Of a stretch of 64,000 bases of DNA, positions 26,250 to 39,833 are shown piece by piece. The position numbers and the translations under genes were made by a program. Numbering within the stretch: the first letter of the stretch is position 1; the number at the start of each line of letters is the position of its first letter. The notes below the pieces were generated by a model. It was given only the letters and a program-made list of their open reading frames with translations. It had not been told where the DNA came from and searched no databases. The DNA comes from Penicillus capitatus. Its lineage: Eukaryota; Plantae; Chlorophyta. The stretch spans positions 2,509,696 through 2,573,695 of the forward strand of contig OZ287694.1 of NCBI GenBank assembly GCA_965649825.1, in the 5' to 3' direction.

Positions 26250-29200
26250 TCACACTCCCAGTGTCCATACATCAAGTAAGAATGGAGGAATGAACCTCTC
26301 GGCACGTCTGCGACTCCATCCACCCAGTTCACACATTTCACAGACAAAGGCTACTGTTCTCTGCACTTCCTGAGGCAGAACCATCTTCACTCCAGCGGCA
26401 GCTATCCCCTGAGCAGTTGCGCCGGTGGCTGTTTTCAGATAGGCACGGACACATTGTCCAACATGTTGTAAAAACTGTTCGGTAACGGAAGGAACGTACT
26501 GCAAGAAGACCATTCAATAAGGATGTAGACAGAGATATGGACAGACGTACTTGATAGAGAACGGTCACAAGTCCTGTGGCAAAGGATTTGGCATCTGGGA
26601 TAGTCGATCCCAGTGGACGCATCAATGAAGCGGAGTGCTTGTTGAATTCATATTTCTGCACGATGGATACAGTGGCGAGGAACAGTATGATTGGCACTTC
26701 TGGAGTCGGCGGGTGTTCTGAGGCGTATCTCGTTTCCATTGTATTTACAAAGCCAGTGCTCTGCAAGATGCGGAAAACGCCTGTAATCACCAAAGCAGGT
26801 GTGGATCCTGTAAACCGGAAGCATTTGTCGTTTACCTTCTGCTCCAGTGCCATGAAGAACAGGTGCACTAGCATTCGAGGAGGGAGAGTTGAAGATATCA
26901 CATGAGCTTTCTGCTCCAAGCATAGACAGGTCGACAGACGACAACAAGAAATGACGAGACGATGTTTCACTAGGAAGGGTCTGAAAGCCTACAACAGTCA
27001 CAGCCTAAGTACCGTCTACGTGCATTAACATTGTTCAACCTGAGGCGTCACTGTTTGCATGTTTTGTTTTGCGTGGATGGGTGGGACACCAAAGCGGATC
27101 AGATCTGCAGGAGGATGCAGCCTCGGATTGTTGAGGAAAGTACCTCTTCTTGATACGAAACAGCGTATTCTCTGGATGCAAATTTCCTGATGTGCAACAA
27201 CAGGGTGTTACTCAACGACATCCAGGAAGAAAAGGCAGATACTTTCAAAGAGTGGTGGTTTTTGTCTGCTCACAGGTTCTTTGTCAGAAACCTCGCAGAT
27301 CCGCAGACTGCTGCCAGATGGAACTGGGCTCACAGGGGCAGACGGTTCAATTCTGACCGATGGTGTCTCCATGCTCGGATCTCCTTCGTTGTTCGGTGAC
27401 TGCTCTGTAATGGTTCCGAGATGCGCATTCGCGTCCATGCCAATGGGTTTCCCATACTGAGCAAATGCGGACTCTGGTACGACATTTGGAATCTGGGGAG
27501 TCGATCCTTCGGCAGATCTAGTCGCCTCATCGTCCGCCGATTCATCATAGGCTTCCTGTTCTGTTCTTGAGGATGCTGGATGGTCTTCGAATAGACGAGC
27601 CTGAGATTCAGATATCAGGAGCGCAGGCGTTAAGACATAGAAACAGAATGACCGGTCTGGGATTGGATGCCATAGCTTCTTCCTCTAAGAAGTTGGCATG
27701 TCCTGCCAGAGTAGAGTCAGAGAGATCACTGGCAGTGTCTCTAGCCATCGATGCCGTTTGACGCGAAATCTGGTTGGGTGAAGCAGGACAGCTGCTGAAA
27801 ATGGCATCCTTGTCTTCGACGAAGTCCGACAGCAACTTCATCGCGCGATGGAAGGCGACTGGGGCTCCTAGCCTGGTGAACACACTCTGGCACACATGTG
27901 CCATGCAGAGGACAGAACCCACAGTGATGTATTTCGACACTCAAGAGCAATCAGTTTCCTGATCAGCTGCGATTGTCCAATGGCAGCGATGATCTCGACA
28001 ATCGGCAGCCACACGCGTGTGCCAATGCTGTTGATGGCATCGACATACCACATGGCACCATCGATCGGCACAGACAGTCCAGTACACGACTGGAGCTCTC
28101 TGGCATAGGTGGACACGAGTTTCTGGCCACTCGTTTGTAAGGTGCATGCATCAGCACATATCTCTGGAGAAGTCCGCTTGAGTGAAGGAATGGAGGTAAG
28201 GAGAATCTGAACCGTGGAGTTTCTTCATCAATTTGACCACTCTTGTTGCGAACAATGTGTCCAAGGCAGCCAGCCCTTGGACGCCAATGCTCTGACGAAT
28301 CATGGTCATGGATGAACAGCCAAAGACTTCCGTTCCACTTGCATCAAGCCAGCAACCCTGCACAGAGTAGTGTGTCGTGCCTGGAGAGGTCAGTCGGACG
28401 ATTTCTCTGGCCAGCCGCCCCAAGAACGTGCATGCCGAATCCGGATCGGTGACGACCTACCCAAATGCATGCATCTGTGATGATCATTCCAAGAATCTGC
28501 AACCGGTAAACTTACTGGCCTCTTTGATCCAGACTTGTTCGACTTGCCGTGCACCATCCACTTGTACTCGCGCCGAAGATTGATTGCGATGATGTGTGCC
28601 AATTCACCTAGTAGAGCGGGGATGAGCATCACAAACACTGAAGACTGCTTCTTTGATCGAACCATGGAACAATTTACTCCCTGGGAGATCCAAACAATCC
28701 TGGGTACATTCCAATGAGTGCAATAGTCCATCAAAGTATTCCTTCAGTTCTGTAACTCTGTTCTCAAAGTCGGCCCTTCCAGCAACGACTCCTGTGGAGA
28801 GGGATACCATAGTATAGAGACGTATCTGCTGAATTCAAGAATATCATACCGGAGAATGCCTGACCGATGGACATCGGCCGGGTTCCTTTCAGCGTCACAT
28901 TCTCGAATGTAAACGGCGGCGGAGCGTGTTCAAATTGTAATTTCTGGTTTGCCAGGGATGAAAGCCTCTTTGCTATGTGGTTCTTTATCTTCCCCTCCAA
29001 GTCCTCTCTCAACTTCAAAGGTATCACATCTCCAAGACAGGACTCCACCTTTGTTAAGCCCTGGTGCAACACGTGCTCTTTTTAGCGCAGATGAAACAGT
29101 AGATCTTTCTCAACGGTTGAAAAAAGGGCGATCTCTGATGCCAGAGCAGCCAGTTTTTCGTAATTCCTGCTCGACTCATCAGCTCTTCTATGCCTGTGCT

Positions 29201-31899
29201 GTGAGATTGGCTTAGCAACGAGGCCAAATCTCAAAGAAGGCACTTTGGAGCTTCCATTTCGCCTATGCAAGATTTCTTAGACTGTCCGTCGGGAGAACTG
29301 AGTGCCTTAATTTTTCCGACTGTGTCCGGAGAATCGTCATTTGATCAAGTGCATTGCAGATGCACTCAGGCACGTGGTTAAACACTCTTTCGCCGAAGGA
29401 TCTGAGAAGAGACTCACGGTAGTTGTCCAGCTGAGAGCTCACAGGGTCCTCCTCTAAACATCACAAGTCTTGCCCGGTGCCGAATTCAGAACGCGGAATG
29501 ATTATACGTGATTGCGGATCTTCATTGCTCTCGGGTGTACAACGAAGAACGGATCGCATCTTCATCAACAGACTTCCAATCTTCTCCAGATTGACAGGAG
29601 CCAATCGAACGATGTTTTGGATGATCCTCATGAAGTGTTCGTGCTTCCACAAATGGCAGGCATAGGAGAAGTCAGATGCCACACTCAGTGTGTCCAAGAT
29701 TTCCTGCACGAATACCCTTGTCCCCTAAGAGTGCATGTACAATTGCCTGTGCCTACCTGACGGACACTCATGAGGTGCTGGATGACGACCAGATTACTTC
29801 TGACGTCGTTCACGAGTTTGCGGCTGTTGGCTGTGCAGTTGTCAAGCTGTCCAATATTGACAATCTCATCGAAGGTTCTCTGGACAGAACGTGCCTGAGA
29901 AAGGAACTGAACACACAAGACTCCGTTGCTCTGAAGCGAACCTTTTCTCCAGCTTCGCTCCGAGAGATAGTTCCGAGAGCATCGACTTCAGCAGAGAGGC
30001 ATTTCAGCCAATAGATCAGATGGGAATCTTGATTGGACGCTGTCGATTTCTTCTGCTGTGCGTCATTGGTCTCGATGAGAATTCTACTGAATGGCACAAT
30101 GTGCAGAGTGTGCTTCGAGTGATTGGCTAGACGACCTGAGGTTGTTCTTTACAATACTGCAAGCACTCTCAATTCGATCTTGTCGCGTCTCGATGAGCTG
30201 TTGATAGATACGGAACATCTTGAACTCCAGTGTCGCTACATTAAGAAGAAGGCGTGCGATGCTTTCGCCATCCGTCTGATCTGGAACCTGGAAGATGCAA
30301 CATGACGGACAGAGGCAGACAGGCATGTGTCTGCTTCGTACCCAGTTTCCTGAGAAAGAATGAAGCAGCAACCAGCGCAGAGTGACATTTGCTTCTCTCA
30401 CAAGACTGAATGTATCTGAATTGTGTCGGAGGAACACTTCTATCTGCAGATTGGCAGTAGTCAGATTCCTGCACAGATGTGGACAATGCCAATGGATCGG
30501 GACAGTCCTGTGAACGACCTTTCAATTTCTCTGGCCAGTGCATTGACCTTATCCCAATGTTCATGACTGATTTTGCTCCGTTTCCCTCTTGTGAGTACAT
30601 TCTTCAATGCATTCTTGGCAGCACGATACCCATCCCACTCAAATCTCAGATTTGCCGTATATCCACTAAACCAACTGACGACCCACCGATCTGAAAACAG
30701 TCTAAAGACCACAAGACAAAGCGTCTGATACAGGGAAATGACGATTGAGTACAAACCTTTCCACCACTTGATTCATCATCTCCGCATCTCTGTTCAGGAT
30801 GTCCGGCACAAAGTAAAGCAAGACAAAGGCATAGGCTGATTGACGGGACATGGCTGTTGTTCTGGACCACAAAGAACAGGCAGGCGTCATTGCGTCAGCG
30901 ACTTCGCAGCAAAGTCTCGCTACCTATGTGCTGGATTAGGATAGTGTTTCAACATCCCACAGACATCCATCTGCAGCAGTAGTGCCAGTATAAATCGCAC
31001 CGCCTTCTCTTGAATGGGAAAGTTCCTGAGGTAATTCTGAGGATAGCCTAAACAACGAATCAACGACGGTTTTGGAGTCCTGCATCCGTTAGTCACTCCA
31101 TCTGACCTTGAGGAAACTTCATTCCCGGTATATATCCAGTCCTCTGGCAGAGCTTCATGAGACGGTCATTTTCGAGAACCAAATCCACGATACCAGTGTA
31201 CCGAGCATGAGCCACGATCAATCGTTCTCTTGTTAGACCTTGGCCAAACGTCGCATCATCTCCTGCCATGCTTCAGTGTTGGACATTACCGGGCAAGCAT
31301 GTATCGACCAACAGAAGGAGGGCCCCAACATTGTAAAGCAGCTCTATCAACAGGGAAAGGCTTTCCGGGTCCTTCACACAGACAACCAACCATCGTCCTC
31401 GGTGAATTGTCATCGACATCCAAGTGATCGGACTTGAGACACAGATTCCAGACTGTCTTGTGTATACTTCTGACGTTCAATGTCTTCGACAAGGTCATGC
31501 ACTTGTTGGTAAAACGCAACCACTTGGTAAAGCACATCGAAAGCTTGGCGACATATGTCATGCAGTTCCTGGAAAACAGAGCCACATTTTCAGAGAGATT
31601 GGAGTGAAATCTGTTCATGCTTGTTGACTGCGCGTAAAGAGCCTGTTCAGAAAGCTGCTCTTGGAGAGCTTCACGGTTTCATTATCGACGTCTTTGAGGA
31701 ATCTGAAATCGGCAAGGACAGGAGAGAACTCCGACTTCGTTTCTGTGAAGGCTGGCGGGAGGTCTGCGCTCAGCTGTTGCACTTGAGCGTGGAAGCCATA
31801 GCCCGAGTCCAGCAGACGTCGCAGCACAGGGACGACACTCGATGGGGGGTTCTCGGAAGCCGTTGTTGACGCCGCGCTTTCAGTGGCATCGCCATCCAT
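26250..31899 (-). CDS. WASHC5: Strumpellin (WASH complex subunit 5), many exons
   Basis: FSPVLADFRF, VLLYFVPDIL...MNQVVERF, VTLRWLLLH, LLLNVATLEFK, IGQSQLIRKLI, C-terminal RAERFIPPFLLDVW. Confidence 0.88.
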
Positions 31900-32017
31900 C
31901 GCTGGGCAAATGCAATGCGGCGTCGAGATTGGAGACGTCGCGATTCGCCTTGAGAAACAAAAAGTCTGTTGATGTGACAGTTCTACATTGAGTCCGTCAA
32001 TGCAATGCTTTGAGAGA

Positions 32018-32610
32018 TGAATGCAGAGAAGGGAAAAGCGACTATTACAGCGAAGCGCTTTATTCCGATGATGTTCTCTTTGTGATGACGTGTTGAAGCC
32101 TTGACTTCAGGTAGAGAAGGATCTCTTTCAATGTCACCATGTCACTACGCCGGAAACCGAACAAGAGGGGTCGCTTCGTACTTCTTCGAGCTCGACAGCG
32201 TTACCAGTGGCTGGGTCTGGGCAGAAAGAATGGAGAAGGCACCCGAAAAGTCGTCGTTTTGTCCGATCCTCGTGCTATCTTTTCACCTTTTCCATATGCA
32301 GCCGCTATCAGACAAGAGGTTTGCGCTGTTCTTTTATGGTAGCGCTTGGCCAGTTCAGAACAAAAAAACCGATAAGTATCTTACGTACACGTCTGCCCTT
32401 TACGTCAAAGCAGACCTCTTTCCCGACTGGATCGAAGAGAAGTCGTCCAGGAGATGTGGTTGCTTGTTAATTCTTACCTGCATTAGTTTACAGCATACGC
32501 AGCATAGAAGCTCTTCGAAGCACAAAAAAGGCATTCGATCCAGGAAAGGTGTAGAAAGATGCCTGAAACAGAAGAAAACTCGTCGTGGATCTCTTAGGCA
32601 TGTGACTTAG
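32018..32610 (+). CDS. Possible hypothetical protein (exon structure unresolved)
   Basis: 169-codon open frame with plausible GT-AG intron boundaries; no recognisable motif. Confidence 0.2.
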
Positions 32611-33808
32611 CGCAGTTGGCTGCCTTCCAAGGAGGAAATGCCGCCTGTGATTTGTGTGGATGATGCATCTGATGTCAAGGGGTTTATCTGAAAGATTGTC
32701 TGGACATCGATCCTGTCTACGCTGCTGATATCAGTACAAACTGAATCTCTTTGTCCTGGGACTCGATGCCGTTTGCACAACACATGCAGGCCACTCAATA
32801 CTCTCTTAGCTGTCCGGGTTCAGTGAAGAACTTCTGCCGCAGAGGAAGAGAAGACAAACGTCGAGGTCTCAGCTGGTCAGTTCTCTCTTAACATCAAACG
32901 TATATGGCGTCGTCATTATCTCGCCCGTGTACCAAATCGGCAATTGTGGTTTCTCTTTGGAAAGCAATCGATTCCACAGTTGGAACTCATCAGTTCTGTT
33001 GCGTTTGTGGATTTCTGTGCAAGACTAGCACGAACCGATAGTGTGACCAGATTTGCAGGCAAAAGAATCAGTGAAGCAGAGACTTGGAAACAAGTGGAAG
33101 GAAACAAACAACCAGGTCAAGAAAAACCGTTGTATGTATTACAGATGGCTGAACACAAATAACGGTGAATCAATTCGTCAACTGTGAACCATCGTCTTAC
33201 TTCCATGGTCTAACATAAGGGCAGAGAATCGCAGTGCCGTGCAGCCCATTAAACAGGTACAGTGTTTTAACCAATGAAATATGTGTGTGCGGATGCACAT
33301 TGTGTATTTCTATAGGTGGAGACTACTGATGATCGGTTCTCTGAACTGATACCCAACAACATGCGCCACGGCGAAGTAAAGAGGAGCTAGTATATAGCCG
33401 CGGCAAGCCGAGCTCGGGTTTCAAAGAGATCTTTCTCGAAAGAAAGACAACCGAGGAAGACGGCGCAATGCAAGGTCTGGTTGCATCGTACATCTTTTTT
33501 GAAGGATATCTGGGGCAGCATGACACATCATTTGTTCGGAATTCCATCCGTCTTCAGGGTAGGAAACGCATCCAAGTTCACTGAATCTACTCTCGCGTTA
33601 TGTAGATAGCTGCTCAACAGAAAGTTGAATATCAGAATGATAAAGAATGCGTTGAATCGACGATGATCAGCCACAATCGACGACGATGGGAACATCTGAC
33701 TCGTCTTCTCCACTGAGAACTTTTCTGTGAACTTTCTGCGCGTAGTAGTTTTGTTCGTTGCGTTAATCGGCAAGCGACACTGCTCTATTGCGCTGTCTAC
33801 AATCAAGC

Positions 33809-36800
33809 ATGCAATCCCTAGCTCCGGACGAAGGACCCAGTGGCATCGGGACACCGCCCGCCTTGGGAATTGACCGTCGAACTGTAACTGAATCCACATG
33901 TGTGGAAACCTCGAGAATTGACCGTCGACCTATTACTGAAGCCACAAGCACGGAAGAGCGTGACGACCCAAGACTGTTGCGCGCTGTAGCGAAGAAGTAC
34001 AAAATCGACAGCATGAAGACATTGGTCGCGGCGTACAACTCGACGACGGATGAAAACGAAAGAGCTGTCTTACTCGGATGGTTACGCAAGTATAATGAAC
34101 GAAGCGCCGAATGCCTTGTGTCGAAGGTTGTTTTTGAGTACTCGGAACTGTCCAAAGTCACATTCTGTTCCACAAACGACGACGGCATTTTAGGAAACGT
34201 ATTCCGTACCCTTTGTTCCTGCATCTGCAAAGAAAAGGCTCTCGAACCGAATTTCGCCATCTCTCTCTGCAGCGCACTTGTGCACATCGATCCTGCCGCC
34301 TATGGTGGCGCTCCAGAGCTGGTGGCGCTAGCAATGAAGCTTCTGGCCAGTATTTCTCCGAGACCGAAGCTCGCGCGAAAGAACTTTGCGCGCCATGAAG
34401 CCACCTTTCTCGCGTTGCATCAAACTTTTTTTCTGCTTATGAACAGTAATCAAAACGAGATCAATGAAAAAGAAAAACAAGAGCTTCGTCGAACCATTGC
34501 GTCGAAGGAAGAAGAAATGGAGCTCTCGTGCGAATACTATCCTGTGAATTTTCATTTCACAGCACTTCGTCAGGCGGCAGAACACCTCAAACATAAAGAC
34601 ACTACTTCACGAGCTGCACAAATGAAACAATATCTTATTTGTGGGTTATGCGGATTCGTGTACGTTTTTCATTTCCTAAGAAATCTGGCAAAGTGTGACA
34701 TCGACCCTGAGGCTATTCAAGATGCATACAGAAGAGGTCGAGTTGCCATTGACAATATGGGAGTGGCGAAGAGACCATGGTTTGATTTGTTTCGAAGCCT
34801 GATGGGGAAAAGATTAGAATTGTCGAAGGACGAAACGAAGCTCGGGCTTTTCTTATCCGAGTTTGATGCTGCAATGGAATTGCAACAGAAGATGATAAAA
34901 GAAAAAAACTTGAAGGCTCTAAGATTCAGTATCATTCAAGAGATGAGGCTGGCGGCAAAGCAGAGTGCTAACGAAACTGTGCGTAAAGAGATCACGACAA
35001 AGCTATTGATGCTTTCGGCAAGACGTGCAATCTTTGAAGAGTGGTTTGAAGATGCAGATATCTTTACAGCTTTCTTGGATACTTTACACGAAATCCACAG
35101 AATAAGTGATGATAATCAAGAAACAACCGAAGCGTTCTTGCAAATGCGACAGTCTTGCGAGGGGCGTGCTGGAAGCACGTTGACAGCGTGGCTAGATGGT
35201 GACGCCATGGAAAACAAGCTTCAAATGCGACATCAACAAGAAGCATACGCAGAGCGCCATAAGGTCTTTGTCAAGATTGCTCGGGATGTTGGATACATCC
35301 CCTTAAACAAGATTCGGTCTAACGTCAAAGATCTGAAAGACAAATACAAGCATGACATCTTCGCTAATGTGAGTATAATCTTCATAATGTATCAATTGAA
35401 TTAAGATCATGTCCGTTTCGAAGGTGCCTTCATTGTTCGGAACGGAAGTCGGACATCACGTAAAAGAAATGGAGCATTATGTTGTCGTGTACGAAGAGGT
35501 TGAACGGACGATGATTAAAAGAAGAGAAGACCAAGCAGAGAAGGGGGAAGTAGAGGATTCGTCAACTCGAATGAAGGATCACCCAAGAGAACACTACGAA
35601 AAGAAAAAAAAGGTCGCAAAGCCCGTTTCTCTAGAGGATCTGTTTAAAACAAGATCTTTGAAACCCGGCGATCCGGAAAGGGAAGTTAAGAGGGTTCTTC
35701 TCTACGGAGATCCTGGCTCCGGAAAAACGTGTATCAGCAAGGCCATTGCACATAAGTGGGCACTAGGGGAAACGATGCAAGAGTTCGAAGTCATCTACGT
35801 CGTTCCGATCAGACGTGTTAACGTCGCAAAGTTCGAAGGACCGCAAGGCTTGACATTAAAGGGCGTGATTGCACAAGTGTGCTTCCGCGAGAGAGACGAC
35901 GTCGAATACGAAGATCTCTTGCGTCAAGTCGAAGGCGACCTCGATTCTCCCACCACTCTGCTGATGTTTGACGGATTAGATGAAGCTGGAGAAGACGTCA
36001 GAGAGCTCGTTCGGTCGGCGGAGGATCGTTTGTGCAAGCTGCTAGTACTGACGCGCCCGTACAATCTCCAACAGATACGAGCAAGAGTAGATTGCCAGTT
36101 CGAGTGCCTCGGATTCAGCGACCAGCAACTAACAAACTACGTATACAGAGAACTCCAGAAAGACGAAGCATCGAGACTCCTCCATTCTTTGCAACAGGAT
36201 CGAAGCATGTGGGAGATCGCACACACTCCGGTAACGGCGCATATTCTTTGCTCTTTGTCGAGAGAACATGGCATCACCGTTAAAGATCAAGGAAAGAGGG
36301 CGAGCACGTTTCAGATATACAACAACATGACAAATTTTATGTGGGAGAGATTTAAGGAAAAGCCCGAAGCGAGAACGGTGAACAAGGATACTGTTTTCAG
36401 CGATCTAGAGAAGATAGCTTTCGAAGCACTTCGGAGTGGACAAATACTAGTCGAAGGACGGACTGTCAAAAGCCATGCAACGTCCACAAACACCACTGCA
36501 ATCTTTAAGGAGAGTGGATTCCTTCTATTCGTTCTGGAGGGACAACAATATCAGTTTCCTCATCTCACCTTTCAAGAGTACTTTGCGGGGCGATTTATTG
36601 CTCGAAGCTTGAAAAACAAAGGTTCGGATGAGGAGAGACGAGTACTTAAGTTCATTCAAGAAGGAAAGTATAATCAAAAGAATGCTTTGACAATGTCCTT
36701 AGCAATGCACGCTTTAGCACAAAGGCGATGCACGTTTGCATTGCAAGAGTTGCTTTCGATTTTCGACGAAAACCCCGTCGAGGTTCTTGGAATACAGCAC

Positions 36801-39035
36801 TTTTTCTTAAGAATGCGAGTTCTCGAAGCGACCCTAGAAGCAGCAGACGAAGACGAATTGAAAGACCTCCTCAACGACAAACATGCAATCAAGATCGCTG
36901 TTAGTGCGCGTCAACTCCTCGTGCAGACTGTCGACGACGTTCTAATTCGTAGTATCGTGATCGAGGAGTTCCGACAACTGTCATGCGTTTTGGAGAGATT
37001 TCCTGAAATTCTCTATGACACAATTAATGAAGTGAAGATAATGCTGGCATGCAAGCATAAACTATCACGGGAAAAAATGGCGAAAACTGAAGATGCTTTG
37101 ATCCTCACAAGCTGCTCTATGAAGCAAAGTTACAACATAATGCAATTTGTCTTGACACTGGCAGAAAACGCCGATGATTGGTGCAGTTCAAAGGAATACG
37201 TGAAGAGATTTCGCTCTATCGCAGTACTAATGCCGCAGCACGCACGAGAGCTTCTGCCGATTCTGGCGAAAGGGTGTGTCGACAAAAACGCGACGGTTCG
37301 TGAGAGTGCGATGGAAGCCATAGGTTGCGTCATCACGGTGGCGCCGCAGCTCACAGGAGAGCTTCTGCCGATTCTGGAGAAAGGGTGCGTCGACAAAGAC
37401 TATCATGTGTGTCGGGAAGCGTTTAGGATCATCCATCGTGTCGTCACGGCAGCGCCCCAGCACGCTGGCGAGATTCTACCGATGCTAGAAAAATGGTGTG
37501 TCGACGAAAACTCAGAGGTGCGTTGGAATGCGATGGTGGCCATCAGTCGAATTGTTGGGGCAGCGCCGCAGCATGCTAGCGAGATACTATCGACGCTAGA
37601 AAAATGGTGCGTCGACAAAGACTTGAGCGTGCGTGTGAGTGCGATGGAAGCCATTGGTCATGTCGTGGCGGCGACGCCGTTGTACGCCGGCGAGCTTTTG
37701 CTGACGCTAGCTAAGGGATGCGTCGATGTTTCACCAGACGTGCGCGAGAAAGCGTTTGAGGCCATTGGCCACGTTGCCGCGGTTGCACCGCAGCCTGCTG
37801 GCGAACTCCTGCCGACGTTCGTGGAGAAGTGCGTCAATGAAGACTCAAACGTGCGTCGGAATGCTATGATAGCCATCGGTCGTATCGTCACGGCAGCGCC
37901 GCAGCACGCCGGCGAGGTTCTGCCGACGTTGGAAAAGTTGTGCGCCGACGAAGACATGAGCGTGCGTCGGAATGCAATGGAGGCCACCGGCCGCGTCGTT
38001 GCGGCGGCGCCCCAGAACGCCGGCGAAGTTTTGCCGACGCTAGCGGCGGCGTGCGTCGACGAAGACGTGTACGTGTGTCAGAGAGCGTTTGAGGCCATCG
38101 GCCGCGTCGTCGCTGCGGCTCCCCAGTACGCCGGCGAGGTTCTGCCGACGCTGGCGAAGGGATGTGTTCACAAAAAATGGAACCCGCGTTGGGCGGCAAT
38201 AAAAGCAATCGAAAGCGTTGTCTTGGCGGCGCCCCAGCATGCCGGCGAGATTCTGCCAACGTTGGAAAAGGCTTGCATCGACAGAGTACTGTTCGTGCGT
38301 TCTTCGGCAGTGAGAGCCATCGAAAGCGTCCTCGTGGCGGCTCCCCGGCACGCCAGCGAATTTTTGCCGACGCTGGTGCAGTTCTTCGTCGGCAAAGACG
38401 ATGATTTGCGTCGGTCGGCGATGCGAGCTATTGGCAGCGTCGTCGCGGCGGCTCCCCAGTACGCCGGCGAGCTTCTGCCGACGCTAGTCAAGGGATGCGT
38501 CAGTGTTTCATCAGACGTGCGTGAGAAAGCATTTGAAGCCATCGGCCGCGTCGTCGCGGCGGCGCCCCAGTACGCCGGCGAGCTTCTGCCGACGGTAGCC
38601 AAGGGATGCGTCAGTGTTTCATCAGACGTGCGTGAGAAAGCGTTTGAGGCCCTCGCCCGCGTCGTCGCGGCGGCGCCCCAGTACGCCGGCGAGCTTCTGC
38701 CGACGGTAGCCAAGGGATGCGTCGCCCAATTTGAGCACGAGTTTTGTTCTGCGATGGCGGCATTGAATAGTCTCAGTCCCGAGAATATTATCATTTCGGC
38801 AATGACAACTTTTCCTAAGTGTGGAACCAGCCTTTACTTCTTTTTTGTGCAGCACCCATTCACGTTGGACTCTCTTATAAAGCAAAAAGCGGTTTCTTTT
38901 GTTTTACACAAATTGTCTTCACAAAAAATTGGAACGTGGAGTAAGCATGGTGTTGATTCTTTTGTTTCGTTTGTGAGACGAGAATTTGAAGCGAGGTTTC
39001 CGGGGTTGCTGAAGCATCTAAATACGAAAGAGTAG
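33809..39035 (+). CDS. NLR-like STAND ATPase: unknown helical N-domain + NACHT + HEAT-repeat sensor (~1730 aa)
   Basis: ORFs 33788-35404 and 35409-39035 are joined in frame by a 37-nt intron at 35369-35405 (GTGAGT...TTAAG). Motifs: Walker A GDPGSGKT, Walker B LLMFDGLDE, sensor LTRP, winged-helix FPHLTFQEYFAG. Confidence 0.88.
37236..38725 (+). repeat. 13.5 tandem 111-bp (37-aa) HEAT-repeat units
   Basis: Consensus QxAGELLPTLxKxCVDxxxxVRxxAxxAIxxVVxAAP in exact 111-bp phase (37236 + 13x111 = 38679). The last three units are nearly identical at DNA level. Confidence 0.93.
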
Positions 39036-39502
39036 TTTGAAAAGCTCAAGTTTGTTTCTTCATTCGCGGAAGACGATGTGAGACTACGATATGACGTTGT
39101 TTACATCGAATATGTTAAAAGCCGTTTCAAACAAACACCATACTTTTGATTCTCTTCAAGTCTAATTGTTGGAAAACATAGAGTTTTTTGTTGTCACTTT
39201 TTCCACCAATCAAGCCAAAGTGAACTGTGTGAAGACCTTCTTAACCAAGAAGAAACAGAAGTCGAGGAGCACAGAAGAGAGAGTCTTGCACGACTGTTTA
39301 AACGACGCTTTATAAAGTAATGATCGCCTATCAATTCGTCATTATGCGTCATTCTTCAAAACGGTTCACTTAGCGTGTGTCTTGTCATCGGAGTGCTGTA
39401 CTCGATGAAACGGATTTATCAATTTAAAGAAACGTTTATTTGTGTCTATGGCGAAAGTTCTTAAAAGCTACACAAGAATTCTCTATCAAGGTTGTGCTGT
39501 TA

Positions 39503-39678
39503 TGTCAGACTAAATGAGCACAATGAAGGCATCCCAACGGTATAAGGGAAGTCACATCAGAACCTACTACATGTCATCAGAACCTCTAACACTATAAAAG
39601 GGGGATAATTGCGTTGTTTACGTCATTCTGTTTAAAGTCTTCCGCTAATGCGTATGTTTGTTCACCGACAACGCGACA
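39503..39678 (+). mobile_element. Solo LTR (176 bp) related to the element-B LTR core
   Basis: TGTC...GACA termini, 5-bp TSD TGTTA (39498-39502 and 39679-39683). Shares gtcacatcagaacctac and aacactataaaagggg with LTR B. Confidence 0.8.
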
Positions 39679-39833
39679 TGTTAAGAATCAAAGTTTAATC
39701 TACTTTCGACAAGTAGTTCGTCATGACGGCCGCGACTACTATATGGTTTACGTCGGTGTTCGATCTTTAGGGTCGTATCGGAATCTCACGTGCTTTCTCA
39801 AAGAGTCTTCTCAAAAGTCCCTAAGGTAGATAT

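Noticed and set aside
33867-33950. Short internal duplication (IDRRTVTEST / IDRRPITEAT) in the NACHT gene N-terminus
   Set aside because: Two copies in a low-complexity leader; no evidence of function.
37236-38725. Idea that the 329-bp satellite derives from three 111-bp HEAT units (333 bp; shared cagtacg, acgccggcga, tgccgacg)
   Set aside because: The shared words are not collinear, and the monomer has no 111-bp substructure.
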